A stretch of 64,000 nt of DNA from Tubiluchus corallicola (GCA_030141605.1 JAQGDQ010000093.1:372001-436000); one strand, 5' to 3'; counted from the first letter of the stretch, positions 43,245 to 57,826 are shown. The notes: a model not told the origin generated them from the letters alone. A program made the numbers and translations.

Positions 43245-44190
43245 AATCTACAGTACTTTCTATTATTTCAACAATAATTTTATGAAGCTGTAAGAAGTTT
43301 TTCTTATACAGGACTTACAAATCCACTGACAAAATATGTGGCAGAAGCACAAATTTCTGTCGTATAAGAAAATATTTTTTTATTTTTGTTACAGGATTTC
43401 GTTAACAAGTTCTTTGAATGGATACATGTGCATTTTATACAAATTCCTCATTATTAAAAGATGCAATTATTTTTAGCTCTGGAACGATGATAAAATTATT
43501 AATATAAGCTAAGCACAGCCAGAGGTAGAAAGGTTGCAGGAATCAACTAAAGTGGGTTAGGGAAGCTTTTAGCATTAGATCATCAATCTAGTATTCATAT
43601 CAATGTTTGACTTTAGTAATTTTAGCATTAATTCTGGCCAGAACTACAACAATATGAAACAAATGGGATATTTTATATTACTTTTATTGGTTTAAAAAAA
43701 GATTTACATGTTCACTTGAGAGACAAGTTTAGAGAGATAATGTAAATATATAACGCGAGGCGAGAAAACGTGTGATAAAACGATTAACAGAGGTTTAACA
43801 AGAGAGACAACTATGGGCAAAATGCTAAGTTACAGACTTCGCCCTGTCGATCTACGGTAATGTTTCCTAACAAATCCTTTCTTAATAAGCAAAGTAGTTC
43901 TACCCCCTTTGATTCTGTTGTAACACTTAATTATATAATTTACAGTTCTTTGTACTGTACCTTTGCTTGTAAGTTTGTTTATATTACTACATGTATACCT
44001 TTATCTGAAAAGGGAACACTGGTTGCAGGTTACTGGCGAAAGACTCTTTCTACAGGCAACAAGTAGCAACGCAACGATTTCGTTATGTTTTTCTCCCTGC
44101 AGTCGCTAACTATTTTCAGACGTTAAATTTTAATCAAGCTTGCCTTTGAGACAACGATTTTGAAGTTTACAAAAATGGAATAACACTTAC

Positions 44191-44290
44191 GAGGAAAATG
44201 TATCACAACTTGTAAAATAACTAGTCAACAACTCATACGGTGACGTCACTTTTCATTAGCGCCCTCATGTGTACAAAATGGCAACATTTA
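44191..44290 (-). promoter_or_regulatory. Candidate YOD1 promoter and first non-coding exon
   Basis: Perfect CRE palindrome GTGACGTCAC at 44240-44249; minus-strand donor ctc|gtaagt at about 44191. Confidence 0.4.
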
Positions 44291-47200
44291 GGAAATGTAG
44301 AAAATTCTTTTTTGGCTAGTGGTCTGTGGCAAAATTTTTTATTATAAATTTGCAAATTAGTTTAAAGGTAAAGACTAGTTTTAGCGGATTAGTAATAATT
44401 TATGTAGATGGCTACACCAGTGCTTTCATCACTTTCCTATAATCAGTATAGTGGCATAATTATTACACCATTGACCAGAAACATCACAGGTCAATATTAC
44501 ACAAACGTCAAACATGAAGGACCTAAAGCATTGACCAAAATACAAACCAGACGTTTTTCTAAATCTAAAACATTTATTTTCATTTCATTTACATAGAATT
44601 GTCTTAATGTAAAGAGAAAACAACGAGAGTTAAGATGTCGAACACAACAACAACGCTCAGTTTTACACTTCAGGTGTAAAACATTTACACATTCATAACA
44701 CAACTACACTAGTTACATAGTAAATAACTTATTAGTATAAATTCCGAAAAATTGACTAAAAATTACAATATGTTTCATTGCTACACAGAATGAACTGCAG
44801 TAGTGCAGGCATATAGCTATTGCAGCAAATATAGATGTCCTAATGTGTCACAGAAGTTCAAAATCTGCAAAAACACTGGTAAAAAATGAATAAAAGAATT
44901 TTCCTTCGTCCAGGAAAATTCAAAAAGTCAAAACGAAAAGTTCAACAGTAAAGTCGCAGGTTTTCAAAAATTTAAGCTCTTTCAAAAGCACAGTGACACC
45001 ATAACAAAGTTTTTTCACAAAAACAAAACGCCACGGCTAGTGTACATGTATGAATACTCTGTAAAGAATTTACTTTTGTACAAATCATCGTACTGAAAGT
45101 ACCACTGTACTAATCTATAAGCTTAATTTCGTATAAAACTATACACTACAAATCTGTCCCACTTCTACACAAAATTAATGCAGAACTCTACAGTCAAACC
45201 TCTTCATACTGGCCACTTTCAGACTACAAGAAAAGTTGGCATAAAGCAAATTTGGCATTATAGCAAGGTAAATTAACACATGCATGTGTCTATGCAAATT
45301 TAGATGTTTTGTTTTCCTAAAAATCTGCGAGGTTGGCATTATAAAGAAGGGTGTTATAACGAGGTCTAACTCTATTTTGGCAATAACATAATCATGTCTA
45401 AATCAGCTTATGCGTATAAATTACAATCCAGTCTGAGTGGCTAATACCCGAATCATAGCAAACCATAAACAAAATCTCAGAACTCTGCCATAAGAAAACA
45501 GCTAAAAAATCTCAAGTGACCCAAGAAAAAAACACAGCTTATGGATACAAAATCTGAATCAGCCGTCTAAAAATCACACACGCACGCGCACACATACACA
45601 CACAGGCAGGACTTAGACAGTAAAATCTAAACAAAACGTTTCACAATTTAAAAGCACAGGGTGTTATTTGACGTACATGTTAATTTAAGCCGTGATACGG
45701 ACGTTTACTACCATAGTTAATCTTAAAAGGGCTCGTCTTGTATGTCCCAAACTGTTACCCACTTTACAACTGTGTGTGAGGATTTACAAGCACGTAAGAC
45801 GAAGCACTTTTTTTACAAGTGTACATCTGCATAGCACACATCCCATGCTCCATTAAAGGAAAAGCTAACGCTTTTACATGTGCGCCATTTAGCGAATTTT
45901 GGCAATACTTTTAAAGATTACTGAAAAAATAAAAAACTCTATTTTAATTTTGAAATATGAACTAATAAATGATTGACTGGTCTGCCATGGGAAGGTCATG
46001 AAGACTAGCCTTCGCCATTTTTATCTTGATTTTTTCGCTGTGCATAAATAATATTTGTCGTCAAACTACTTTGCAAATGCAATTGAAGGTAGAGTAAACA
46101 TAATACATACAGCTGTTGCAAAATTTACAATCATATCTGTAGTTCACATTCAGATTCTGCCTAAGAAATGGTATTCGCTTTCCTTTAATGTTTACATAGT
46201 CATGTTCGCAATACCTTGAATAAAATCTGGGTTTACCATTTCTAAAGTCAAAACGAAAGTTTGAGGAAACGACCACGTGGCGCTACATTCGGCGATAAAA
46301 GTCAATTATTCAATACTAAAATGCTTTAAACACAGGCGACACAAATTACACAGTAAGCCTGATTCATCAGTCAGCGCAGTTTGGACAATAATAAAAAATT
46401 AAGAAAAACAGTTTATCCAAATAACACACACATACACACGCACAAGCACGTCTAAAATAAGTAATAATTTGCATGCTACAGCTAAAACATCGTCTTATAA
46501 TCTACAAATTTAAGAACACGTCAATTCGTTACATAGTCCATAACAAGACAGACCTGGACAAGTTAATAAAACAGCTTGCTAACAATACGCAAAACAATAA
46601 TTAAATATCAGAAACTAAAAGGCAGCAAACACACGCAATTATAATAATAATAATCATTTTGCACACAATACATTTCATCGGAGTAATTAATGTATTAAAA
46701 CAGGTAGTAACCTATACATGATACATACTTCAAGTATTGCCATACATATAAATCCATGATGGCATGTTATGAGGACCTGAAACACAGGCTAAATATATTT
46801 ACATTATCAATGGCCTGTACAAGTACAACCCAGCATTCGTTATATCAGAACTTATTGTACACGCGTTGTAGGCCATGAAAAAATCTAAAATTTACACCAG
46901 AATTTTTACAAGTAGGTAAAAACTTCTACAGTCAAATCTCTCTATATTGTCCCCTCCGGGACTCCTGAAAAAGCTGGTGTTATGCGAGTTTGGCGTTATA
47001 GCTAGGTGTGAGCATCGAACGTTAGTATTCCATTCAAACAAGTTTTTTTAATTCGACTTTGATTCAAAGCTAAAGTTATAGATTCGAATAATTTAGAACT
47101 TCCACTACATACGGTATTTATCATCGTGCAATCAGCACAAATTATTAGTGTCTCACTGCTGGAGAAAATCAAATAATATACCTGATCCGTGTAAGACTGC

Positions 47201-48922
47201 TTTAGGGATTTGAATTTGAGTCCGACTCCAGGATACTGAAATTCTGTTTGATTTGAGTTTGGAAATCACAAATTTGACCTGAATTCGCTGGTGGCGAATG
47301 CTCACCATATATTATAATGACTTACATTCATACATGCAAGTCTGTGCCAATACAGACATTATGACGTTTTACTGAAAATTAAGGCATTAAGTGAAGTTGG
47401 GATTACAATGTTATTAAAATTGCCAAAAACGTTACATGGTATATTAAATCAGTTTAGACATAAATTTCCAGAACTTTCTGAAAACATTTTAGAAAATCTG
47501 ATGTGCACAACAGAGACATCTGTTGCCGAAATCTGGAATGTATGTTGCACATCTTATGCTCCGCGCCACAAGTAAAACAAATGTTTTACATATTCTATCA
47601 GTAATTACTTAACCGTTACAAACAAGATCGACATAGTAAAGTATGATAAATACAACAATAAACAGACTCATGCAAGAATTATAAGCTACTTTATATGTAA
47701 AAGTATTGTTAAATGTATTATAACACAAATTGTTGTTATCTTTAACATAGTTCGCTACCATGACGAAATTCGTGCAGACCTGCCATAACGAGAGTAATAT
47801 GCAACAAGCAGTCTGACTTTTATTCGCAAAATTTCTTTGATGCAGTACGGCGGAAAAATTTCATAAATTGCATCCACATCGCAGATTTTAAAATTTCATA
47901 AACAGTAGCGCAACTTTGCAAACATAGGCCATAATAAAATAACGGCAAAGACCCTAAATTTTATCAAACACCGGCTGAATTGCTGCCCTATCCCGCAAGT
48001 TTCTGCTTCTGTCGTCTTGTTTTGCATCAAGTCAAGCACAATCAGAGCGTAGTTTCCATTGCAAACAATGCAATAATCTCAACATAGCAGCCAAAGGCGC
48101 TTGTATGCACAAGTGTACCTGCATACCTGTACAACAGTTAACAGTTTAACAAACCTTGCCTGCTAAATTAAACAAGATGGGACATTAGGCACACGTTAAA
48201 GAAATCCTACCACACAAATTTGCTCGACTTTACACTCAATACTTGGGGTAGTTAACGTCAGTTGTCACTGGAAACTTCTAGAAATGATGGTTGAACCATT
48301 TGCGGGTTGCCGCAAGAGGTTTCGTGCAGTTCAACGAGATTTTTTTCCAAATCATGGCTAGCAAATGACAGATAAGTTATCCCAACTGGGCACACGGCAA
48401 CATCGGGAGGACAGAGAAATAATGTAGAAAGAGAATTTCTGCAGAAACTTCAAAAATGCTTACACACGAAACCCTGTGTTGAGCAAACACAAGACGCTTC
48501 CTGTTCTGTGAGAATGCTGCACAATAAAGTACGCTCACATTCACAAATCAAATTTGCCATAGCAGACCAACTTTTTTCTACCGCAAATACTCGATACGAT
48601 TTTGTGACGCTCTCGAAAGTAAAACCGTACCGCAAAGCAGTACATAACATCGGTGCTGGTCGACTTCAAAGCACTTGAATGTAACGGTAGCGGTGCTTGA
48701 ACTGTAAGAAATCATGTTAGCACGGTTAAGCTAAATGAAATGTATTTAGCTGAACAAAAGAAAGGCCACATGTTAAGACCTTCCGCACAGATCTGTATCT
48801 CTTCAATTGCACATTTCATGTACATTATATAGTAGTTTTTAATTTTTATGTACAATACTGTTAGTATAATGGTCATACTGTACACGCATAGAAACAATAT
48901 ACCTGTACGTATAAGACGACAA

Positions 48923-51175
48923 TTATCGCTGACGTTTAGTCCGTTGAGATTTGGTAGGTGGCGGCACCTGTGTTTTTGGTGGGCCCTTATTATCTTTTTC
49001 TGCTTTCTTTTTCGTGCCACCATGCGTTTTTGCATGCAGCTTGAGTTGCGACGGGTATTGGAATTCTTTACCGCACGTTTCACATGAGTGTTCGGCAGTT
49101 TTCTTGTGCGATTTTTTGTGAGCGTTCAACTGCGACTGCTGCTCGAACACTTCGTCGCACGCGTCGCACTTGTACTCTTTCGCAGAAGGAACTTTGTGCG
49201 TCAGTTCATGTTTAGCGAGAGCCGCTTTAGATCGAAATGTTGCGTTACACTCAGCGCACTGGTGCCCACCCGTCACCTTGTCAGCATTCTCCAGTAACTT
49301 CTGAGATTCCTTTCTGACTCGACCGACACGCGACACACTCTTGACGAGTTTCGCGCACACCAGCTCGTGCTCGGTTAACTGCTTCTTTGTGTCAAATTTT
49401 TCCGAGCAGCCGTTGCATTTATAGAGTTTGGAAGCATCATGACCAAGTTTATGTTGTTCAAAAGCATGTTTCTGCACAAAGGCCTTTCCGCACTTTTCAC
49501 AGTGGTACGGTTTGTTTGCCTCGCTAACGTGCCGTGTCACGGAGTGGTAGTGCAGATCAATTTGCTGCTTGAATGTCTTCCCGCACACCTCGCACGGAAA
49601 CGAGGTGTTCTCTCCATGGAAACGTTTATAGTGCGTGTTGTAACTCTGCGGCGTGGCAAAGTTCTTGTTGCAAAGCTCACACAGTGTGGTCTCCAATTCT
49701 TCGATCCCGGGTGGCTCCTTTGCATTCTGGTGCGTCTTCATGTGTTGGGCCAAAGCGGCAGCACCAGCAAAGTTGTGGCCACACACTTCACACTTCAGTT
49801 CTACGATGACAGCCGGTTGCTTCTTGTGCACAGAAGCGGCATGAACGTCGCAGCTCTTCTTGCTGGGGAAGGTCTTGTTGCAGTGGGAGCAAGGAAAAGC
49901 CTTGGCGTGCCCCTTACAATGACTCTCCCACTGATGTTTTGAACTAAACATTTTGGTACAGAAATCGCAAGGGAACGGCGGTGCCACGTCTGTACCGTTA
50001 TGAAGCCGTTGATGAGCTTGTAAGACATTAGTGTCATGATACTCCAATCCACATACGACACAGAGAGAACCGTTCTCCACCACCTGTCCGTCTCCAGTCT
50101 TCATGATGTCACCGGGCAAGTCAGTCTCTGTGTGCTCAATCTCCATCATCTCCGAGATCAAGCTTTCGTGCGGTATGTCATGCACCATGGCAACGTGGAT
50201 CTGCTGCTGAGGCTGCAGAGGAACTTGCGACTGATCTTTGCTAGCCACCAGAGCGGCTAGTTCGCCGTGACCTTCTCCGATTATGACGTTCTTTATTTCG
50301 ATGTTACTCGGTTCAACTAAGTTCTTCTTGATGGTGCTAGCCTCGGCACCCAACGATAGATTATCTTCGCCTGTGTCCATCGTAATGGCCTCATCAATGT
50401 GATTGACTTTACACACGTCAAAGTTCAACAGCTCCATCGGAAACTTGCAGTAGGTGTGGTCAATGAGGTGAAGAAAAAACGGCTTTTCAAAAAACCGGTT
50501 CTGTGACGGCCGTTCAGGTTTATGGTCACTGTGTCCCGCTGGACTGTGAGGTAGCTCATCATGTCGATGATCGCCGCCGGCTTTTGTCTTATCTCCAGAT
50601 TTTCTACGGACATTTGGGGTCTTTTTAGGACCAGCGGCAACAGCTTTCACGGATTCTTTCGGAGGTTTCAAAGACGTTTTATTAGCAACTACCTCTATCG
50701 CTTTCGTTTTTGCTTCATTTTCATCTTTGACAGTATCGCGATGGCCATCCGAAACAATGGCTGCCATTTTTGGTTTTCTTCCACGTTTGCGCTTCTCAAC
50801 AACCATGTCATTTGACTTTGTTTTAGCAGCAAAATCTTCTCTTACGCTTTCATCTTCACTAGATTTTTCGTCAACTTCTCCGATTATGCCTTCATCGGAT
50901 ACTTTATTTTCCACTACTTTAACTTTTGTGGTGCTCGTCTTTGGCGTTGGCGTCTTTTGATTCGCAAGAATGCGCTTTGACTTCTCCCTAGTCGGCCTCT
51001 TTTCAGGAAGTGTCGGTTGCTCTTCAACGACCGCTTTAGTTTTGTTTGGTGCTTCTGACTTTTGCTGAGTTTGTTTAGGCACTGTCTTACTTGAGGCGTT
51101 TTTGGGCGGTCGTCCGCGACCTCGCTTCACTGGGGGCACCGGTGGCTCCTCCTCTGTTGCTCTGCGCTTTCTCAT
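48923..51175 (-). CDS. AT-hook and multi-C2H2 zinc-finger protein, 750 aa, single coding exon
   Basis: KRGRGRPPK and KRKRGRKPK AT-hook-like motifs, a DHTY motif, 11 fingers (10 C2H2 and 1 C2HC); acceptor gatcag|agg at 51196. Confidence 0.92.
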   Translation of the reverse strand: MRKRRATEEEPPVPPVKRGRGRPPKNASSKTVPKQTQQKSEAPNKTKAVVEEQPTLPEKRPTREKSKRILANQKTPTPKTSTTKVKVVENKVSDEGIIGEVDEKSSEDESVREDFAAKTKSNDMVVEKRKRGRKPKMAAIVSDGHRDTVKDENEAKTKAIEVVANKTSLKPPKESVKAVAAGPKKTPNVRRKSGDKTKAGGDHRHDELPHSPAGHSDHKPERPSQNRFFEKPFFLHLIDHTYCKFPMELLNFDVCKVNHIDEAITMDTGEDNLSLGAEASTIKKNLVEPSNIEIKNVIIGEGHGELAALVASKDQSQVPLQPQQQIHVAMVHDIPHESLISEMMEIEHTETDLPGDIMKTGDGQVVENGSLCVVCGLEYHDTNVLQAHQRLHNGTDVAPPFPCDFCTKMFSSKHQWESHCKGHAKAFPCSHCNKTFPSKKSCDVHAASVHKKQPAVIVELKCEVCGHNFAGAAALAQHMKTHQNAKEPPGIEELETTLCELCNKNFATPQSYNTHYKRFHGENTSFPCEVCGKTFKQQIDLHYHSVTRHVSEANKPYHCEKCGKAFVQKHAFEQHKLGHDASKLYKCNGCSEKFDTKKQLTEHELVCAKLVKSVSRVGRVRKESQKLLENADKVTGGHQCAECNATFRSKAALAKHELTHKVPSAKEYKCDACDEVFEQQSQLNAHKKSHKKTAEHSCETCGKEFQYPSQLKLHAKTHGGTKKKAEKDNKGPPKTQVPPPTKSQRTKRQR

Positions 51176-51477
51176 GTTGCAACCTTGCTCGCACCTCTGA
51201 TCAAAAATAACATGAAGTTTCTACTGACATCAGCTTGCTCTATGAAATACAAAAAACATGTTAGACATGTAACAATGCCAACAAGAAAAAATGCAAACTT
51301 AAAGCATATTAAAAATTGCTTTCTTAAGGTTACATCAACTGTGGCGCTCTAGTTCAACTTAAAACCATTAAAAACTTAATAGTCATTTAACTAGTTAGTA
51401 CCAAAAAGAAAGAAACTAGTACGATATTAATAATCCTGTATGCATAAGTAGTAGGCCTGTAAGGATACATTGATGTA

Positions 51478-51808
51478 CACTCATATCTCGGTTTGCCAGA
51501 CAAAAGCTGGGAGACGTCGGTCCAAAATTGCGGATTGTCCGTATTTCCTGATACTAAGTTAATACAGTAGGTGCCGTGTATTAGATTCACGGTGATGTAG
51601 AATTAATCGCCTAATAGTCTCAAAAGCATCTAGTACTGGCTGCTTCTGACGCACGTGTCGTTACACGTTTCTCTGTTGCACTGACGTAATGATGTAAACA
51701 AAGTAACAGCTCGCCAACTAGCGGTCAGCTCGCGAAACAACGGACTGTGCCCGTAGTACGTGGGACTTTTAGTGGTCCACATTTTGTCCAAAGTTTCTGA
51801 AATCCGTA
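51478..51808 (+). mobile_element. Truncated copy of the 28582-28982 MITE family
   Basis: ta|cactcatatctcggtttgccagac start plus the shared internal blocks. Confidence 0.7.
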
Positions 51809-54476
51809 TCTTGATACATATTGTATCCCGAAGTTAGTATCATATCGTGATCTAGATGTATTATTGCAGTCCTAGTAAGTAGCTCAAAAAATAAGTAATC
51901 AACAGTTCACTAAACTTATTTCTGAAATAACGTATTTCACATTTACTAAACCATTAATTTGATTTTGTGTACTAATTTTTATTGAGCAATTTTTCCACCA
52001 ATGCACTAAAAGAGTTTGCTTTAATTTCTAAATGAATAACTGACAGTTAAAAAGGCTTTGCCTAGAAGTTAATGCAGGAGTTTCAATTGTCAAGATTTAC
52101 ATATTGTTATACAGCACAAATTCTGCATGGTAATTATCAGAAACAATTTTGCACTATTATTGCTGTTAAAATGTATACTTTTTGTCGGACTTGAAACTGG
52201 GGTAGTATATGAAAAACCATCCTGTCTTCCTTTAAAGGGGAGGAAAAAGCTATTTTAAAGTATGTCCCACAAAAACGTTCCCTACAAAGTTATATTACTT
52301 AGCATACAAGTTGCCCGTTTGAAATTCATGTAATAAGAAAAGAAAATTCTTAACAATTTAAAATGGCACAGCATCGCCATCCCAGTGTGCACCAGTGACT
52401 CACAAAAAAAACACATTATCAATCTTACTGACAATAAACAGTAATTTAAAACTTTTCTTAGTTAGCAAAGAGAGTGCTCTGATTTTTTTTCAAACTTTAC
52501 ACAATGTTATCTAAACTTGTTTCAAATGACTTATCATCAAAACAGCTGCGCCCAGTGGTCATCGAGAGTTTAAATTTAAAGGAAGAACCAACCCTCAAAC
52601 AACATTTATTGCATTTTGATATACAATTAAAAATATTAAAATCACCACACAAGATATGCGCATAGAATGCTTTGCTCAAAAATGTAAAAGAAATTTAAAC
52701 GAACGCCGCATACTTGAAAAAAAAACTGATGTAAGCTGGTGAATGCTGTGAAGGCAAGCTGTGATGAAGGTACACGTTGAGAAATTTCAACAGTTCAGTT
52801 ATTCTAGCATTGTATTTAACCCTGTTTATGTAAAAATTAGTCATTTGATCAATAATGGCAAATTTTAAGTGGCCATATAGCTTTAACCCACAAGATTATA
52901 CCGCAAAATTTGTAAGTAGTGTACATTAATTGAGTAAATGTAATCAATTCACAGACTTTTGTTGACTTTCAGACACACTTGTAAACTTGTGAGCATACAG
53001 TAGGTATCGGGTGGGTTACCTAGTCTACAGAGTTCACTCTATAAGTAAAAAAAGATTGCTGAAGCACTTGGCAGAATAACTGTTTAGAATTGCATGGTAA
53101 GAGAGCGCCCAAGCGTGAAGTGATCGAGATTTTAAATTGAAATTACACGAGGCACTTATCACAATTTCATTGCTGAAACTTTCTAGGATTTTTCTCAATT
53201 ATTAGAACAAGCTCAACGTCCCAAGAGATTTGGCTTTTGCTTTGAGTAAGTTTTATACAAGGTTATTGCTACAGCATGCCCTGTGCGAAATAAAACAGCA
53301 TGTAAGTGATATAAATATTAAGATGAATTTTTTAACTTTTATTTGTGAAGAGCATTTTCTTGTGAGTTAAGTGTCCTTTTTTGTAATATTTGGGAAGTCG
53401 TCAAATTTATCGCTCAAATTACATCGAAGGCACTCAAACGTCCATACGAAACTACACTTATACTGAAATACATTCAATACTATGTTTCCTGCTTACCAAC
53501 AGTGTTGCAAATTAGAAATCAGTACTAAGCAGACAAATAAACAACAAAATCATCCATAAACCCATGCCTTTCCAAATGTAAGCAAACGAGAAACTTCTGA
53601 GACTCATTTTAGTATTTATTAAAACTCTTATCTGTACCAAGTACGTAATAAATTATTTTTGTTATGTGCTACTAAAACAGAGATTTTTCGGCGAATTTTT
53701 TTAGCCAATTCCTAACTAACTAAAATAATTTCAACAATCTTCTGCATCACAATAAAATAGATGGTGAAATGGAAACTTTATATGAAATTGTGAAAATACT
53801 ATAATTAAATATTGCAAGCCACAAAATTCTGGTAGCACATGCAAAGAATTTGAAATTGGAAAAGTAACCAAACTAATAGTCAGAAAATAAAAAAACAAAA
53901 ATTAAATTTCTTCTTCATGTTTGAAGTTTTAACTTTTATTATTCCTGATTTGCAAATTGGTCCAGTGTTTAACTTTGGTTATTAAACTTTTTGTAGTTGT
54001 TTATAGTTGAATTTTAGTAGATCTTTACTTTTTTTACATCTGGTAACCTTATTTTTCCATATCGTTTAAAGAATGCAGTGCTAATATTTCATTTGCAAAA
54101 TTACTTTATTATGAATGAAGCTCGTGTACACGTGAATTGCTCCGATTAATTTAATTTTAAAATAAATTCACAACTACAAAATAAATTAAATCTCATACGT
54201 TTAAAAAGTAAATACCACGACGATGTCCAATTTAGTTAACTTTCATTATTTAAGGCAAGAAAATAAAACTAAAAATGACTAACTTGGCGAATTTCAAAGT
54301 AGACAGCTTCCAATTTTAAATCTTTACAATTAAATAAATTCAACTTACTTAGCTAGATTAGGTAATTACCAAGGTAAAAAATATGAAAAATCACAAAAGT
54401 TATTAAGTGCTAACAGTACACTGGCAGGTTCTTCAAACTTTTAGCAGCAATTTATTAAACTAGGGAAAATACTCAC

Positions 54477-54620
54477 CTTCTGTTAATCCAACATGGCCAC
54501 CATAACCGTTATTCTTCCATCGATATTGTACCAGGGTTTGTTTTGATCTCTGCTAGCTCCCTCCCAGGGCTGACGTTGCGCAAGAATTACGGGCAAATAC
54601 AAAATGTGGTGCTATCTAGT
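54477..54620 (-). promoter_or_regulatory. Probable non-coding first exon and promoter of the 750-aa zinc-finger gene
   Basis: Strong donor aag|gtgagt at 54477/54476 in locally CpG-richer sequence; in-frame stop upstream of the ATG. Confidence 0.45.
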
Positions 54621-57600
54621 GGTTGAATCTGGAAATCCGAATTTCTGTTATTATAGAAATAATTACTTTCGGATGGTCCCAACCATAAAAGCTAGTATTA
54701 GTGAACTTCTGTTGGAGGTCCTCAAGTAAACGCAAGCACAATTCAAATATAACTTATCTGTCTCATACAGCAAAATTGCAACAAAGTGTTAGTAAAGGAT
54801 TAATAGTGAAAATGTGAGAAGTGGTGGCAAATAGAAAAAATGGGATAGACTAGTTCCGAAGAAAAGGCTTTTCCTAGTAAAGTTTTTGCTACAATTAGAA
54901 AATTTAGTCAACTCGTTAGTTATTACAAGAAAGTACAATAATATTTTGTAACGTCAGAATGACAGGGTAGCCAATTATGTTGATCTTTGCATACACATAA
55001 CAGTGAGTCATCATGACATGTGCTTAGTTACCAAAGTTAAGCAATGCCAAACGTGGCAACTGATTTGATGGGACACAACTTACTATCTCTTGGGCAAGGT
55101 TACTTTTACTGTGATTTTGAATTATTTCGTTCGTTTCTCTACGTTTTAAGATGTACATACATGAGAACAGCGGCGGATTATGATTTTATGGGCCTTAGGC
55201 TTGAGCTTGGAACGGACCTTTTAAATTTTGCTACACTGCTGAGCTGACGTGTTTTTGTGGAGCTCTCGTCGTTTGTAAGTTTGTTTAATTTTGTGAGTTT
55301 TTGCCCACCGATTGTGATAAAAATGATATCTTCTTGATCCTTGAGTTGTGGACTAGGACTATATAAACACGATTACAGCTTGGTGAGTTTCTGGGTTAGA
55401 TGTCAACTAAAATAAGCCAATCAGAAACTCTGAAAGTAATTTAGTTTCTCACTAATTTCTTATACTTATTAGTAAGTATTCTTATATTATTCTTATTACT
55501 ACTTATTCTTATGTTTTTATTTTCAGAAATATGGCATATTGTCATAAATCCGGATGCCAAAAAGCAAAAGAAAGAGAGCAAAAGAAGCAACGGGAAGAGG
55601 CAGATTTGAACCCCGATTTGAAATATAGTGACTGACTTTTGAAAAAAAACTTCTATATTTTATTTTGGCGGGCCCCTTGCTCTTTTGTCAATTATTTTTT
55701 TTTACAAAAATTTTTTTTTTTCATTTTATTTTGCCGGGCCCCTTTTGATCCCGGACCTTGGGCTTCAGCCTATAGGGCTATCCGCTACAGCATGAGAATA
55801 CGACTACATGTGACATCTTCAGCTGCCAGTTCAGTATTTCATTTCAGATGTTTATCTTGATAATGAACTAGAGTCAGGTCCTGCCATAATAGAGCCTGTA
55901 AAAAAATTTTACCTAGGAATAGGAGCACAATTTGTTGGGCATATGTTTATCCCAAGATAATCACATATCTATAATAGTTTGCAAAGTATTGATTTTTCAT
56001 TTTTATTTCAAATCCCAAAAAATGTTTTTGGAATTAGAACTGATTATATTCAGCAAATGATTGTGCGAATAATTTTGAGAAAGCTGTGTCATTCTAAAAA
56101 ACGTTCTTTGCAGAAAAAGTGGAACCTCGCAACTGAATGAAAAGGTTGTGTAATGATTACACTCAGTAGATATAAAAGGTATTTCCATAACTAATTCTTT
56201 GTTCTGCAAGAAAAATTACAATATTTTCGCTCCATCAATTATGAACAGTTGAAACATTAAGCCTAGTTCACATCTATAAATTGTCTTTTCAGCATAATGA
56301 TTATATCTCTTTACTACAAAAAGTGCTAAAGAACATTTGCAACTGCAAGAGATAATTATAATTAAGGCTAATACAAAATTGCTAAGTGCAGAAACAGTAC
56401 ATACGTCATTGGATTGTCTGAAATTTGGAATGACCAAACAATCAACAAGCAATGGCTATAACTATTTCCAAGTATATTGCCAAACAGTGTCACAAATATA
56501 AGCAGGTTTGATCTCAACAACATGTAAATGTAAAACACAGGTCTGTTAAACCTAGTTACAAGAGAAAAATTGAACTACATTAGAACCGGCTTAACAAAAC
56601 CCACAACTTTATGCTTTGTGGCTTCCAGTCATTACATTTAAATTAAAAGCAACGAACCATTAAAGTTCGCGCCCATTACAGGTTGTGAGAGTTGCATGAT
56701 TTGTAATGTTGTTCATAAACAGATTTATGCTCTATGGAACTAAAACGTGTTTCCATATTTCATTTTCACTTTATATGATATTTTATGCTTTTTTTCTATT
56801 TACATCTATGATGTGTATGATAGCTTTTTTGTTGCATTTTTTGCTTGAAAAAGATGGTTAGTTGTTACTGTATTGCTATTTTGGGACTAAAGAAACACAG
56901 GTTTTGTTAATTTTGTAGTCAAATAATTATGACTTTGTTTTAAAGGAAAATTAGACCAAATGTTAGACTGTAGGTCAAAAGAACCCATTCTTTAAAATAT
57001 TGATACTATTTAAAAAAAAAGACTTATGTAAAAGAATTATTACCATACAAACGCAATTTTGTGTTTGTGCCATTAGTTCTTTGTTGCTACATGCATTTCA
57101 CCATTTGCTAGCTAGACAAGCACTGGCCCCTGTATTTTAGAACGTATTGCACAAGGAACAGGTGTGGTACCTCTCAGTTTAGAGGTGTTCATTTTCAAGG
57201 TGCGAATTGCAATTTTGCTTTTTTAGTATAGTATTACTGAAGTATAGGTGAGTATTTTATTTCCCATACTCATTTACAGACCTAAAACTATTTTTTGACA
57301 CCTTTCATACGTCAACTATATTTTGAATTCTCGGTTTTATTGTATGCCTTGTTTAGTCCTTTTTGTTTGGATATTTTCTAAATTCTGCAAATCTAAATTA
57401 CCTACCCTAACTGAGGTCCACTTTTACTTGCCGTTGTAAAGCGGGCGCGTGTGCTTGGCGTAAAGTCAGGCCTGGAAATCGTTCGCGCTCATTGATTATG
57501 ATCGTGATCTCCCATGTTGTGTTTCGGACTTTGTGGCTTTGTGTTACAGAATACGTTTAACTCGGAAGTGGCGCTCACAAGCCACTGGTGTAGCAGTGTA

Positions 57601-57826
57601 TGGTTTTTTTTGGATTACTGCAGATTTCTTTTATTTTAAAATTCTGCCTGCACAATGTCTACAATAGACGTTATTGACGTATGATGATGTTGAGTACTGG
57701 CAGTTAGTTACTAAAGTAAAGCCTAGGCACAAAGTATTGCAAACACGTAAATTCCGTTTATGTTTGTGATTTTTCATCAAAAAATTAGCTATAACCAGCA
57801 CCAAGTACGGTAATTACAAAATGTTG

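Noticed and set aside
49088-50960. Multiple plus-strand ORFs overlapping the 750-aa gene (and similar ORFs over the nested gene)
   Set aside because: Antisense shadows of GC-richer coding DNA with no recognisable motifs.
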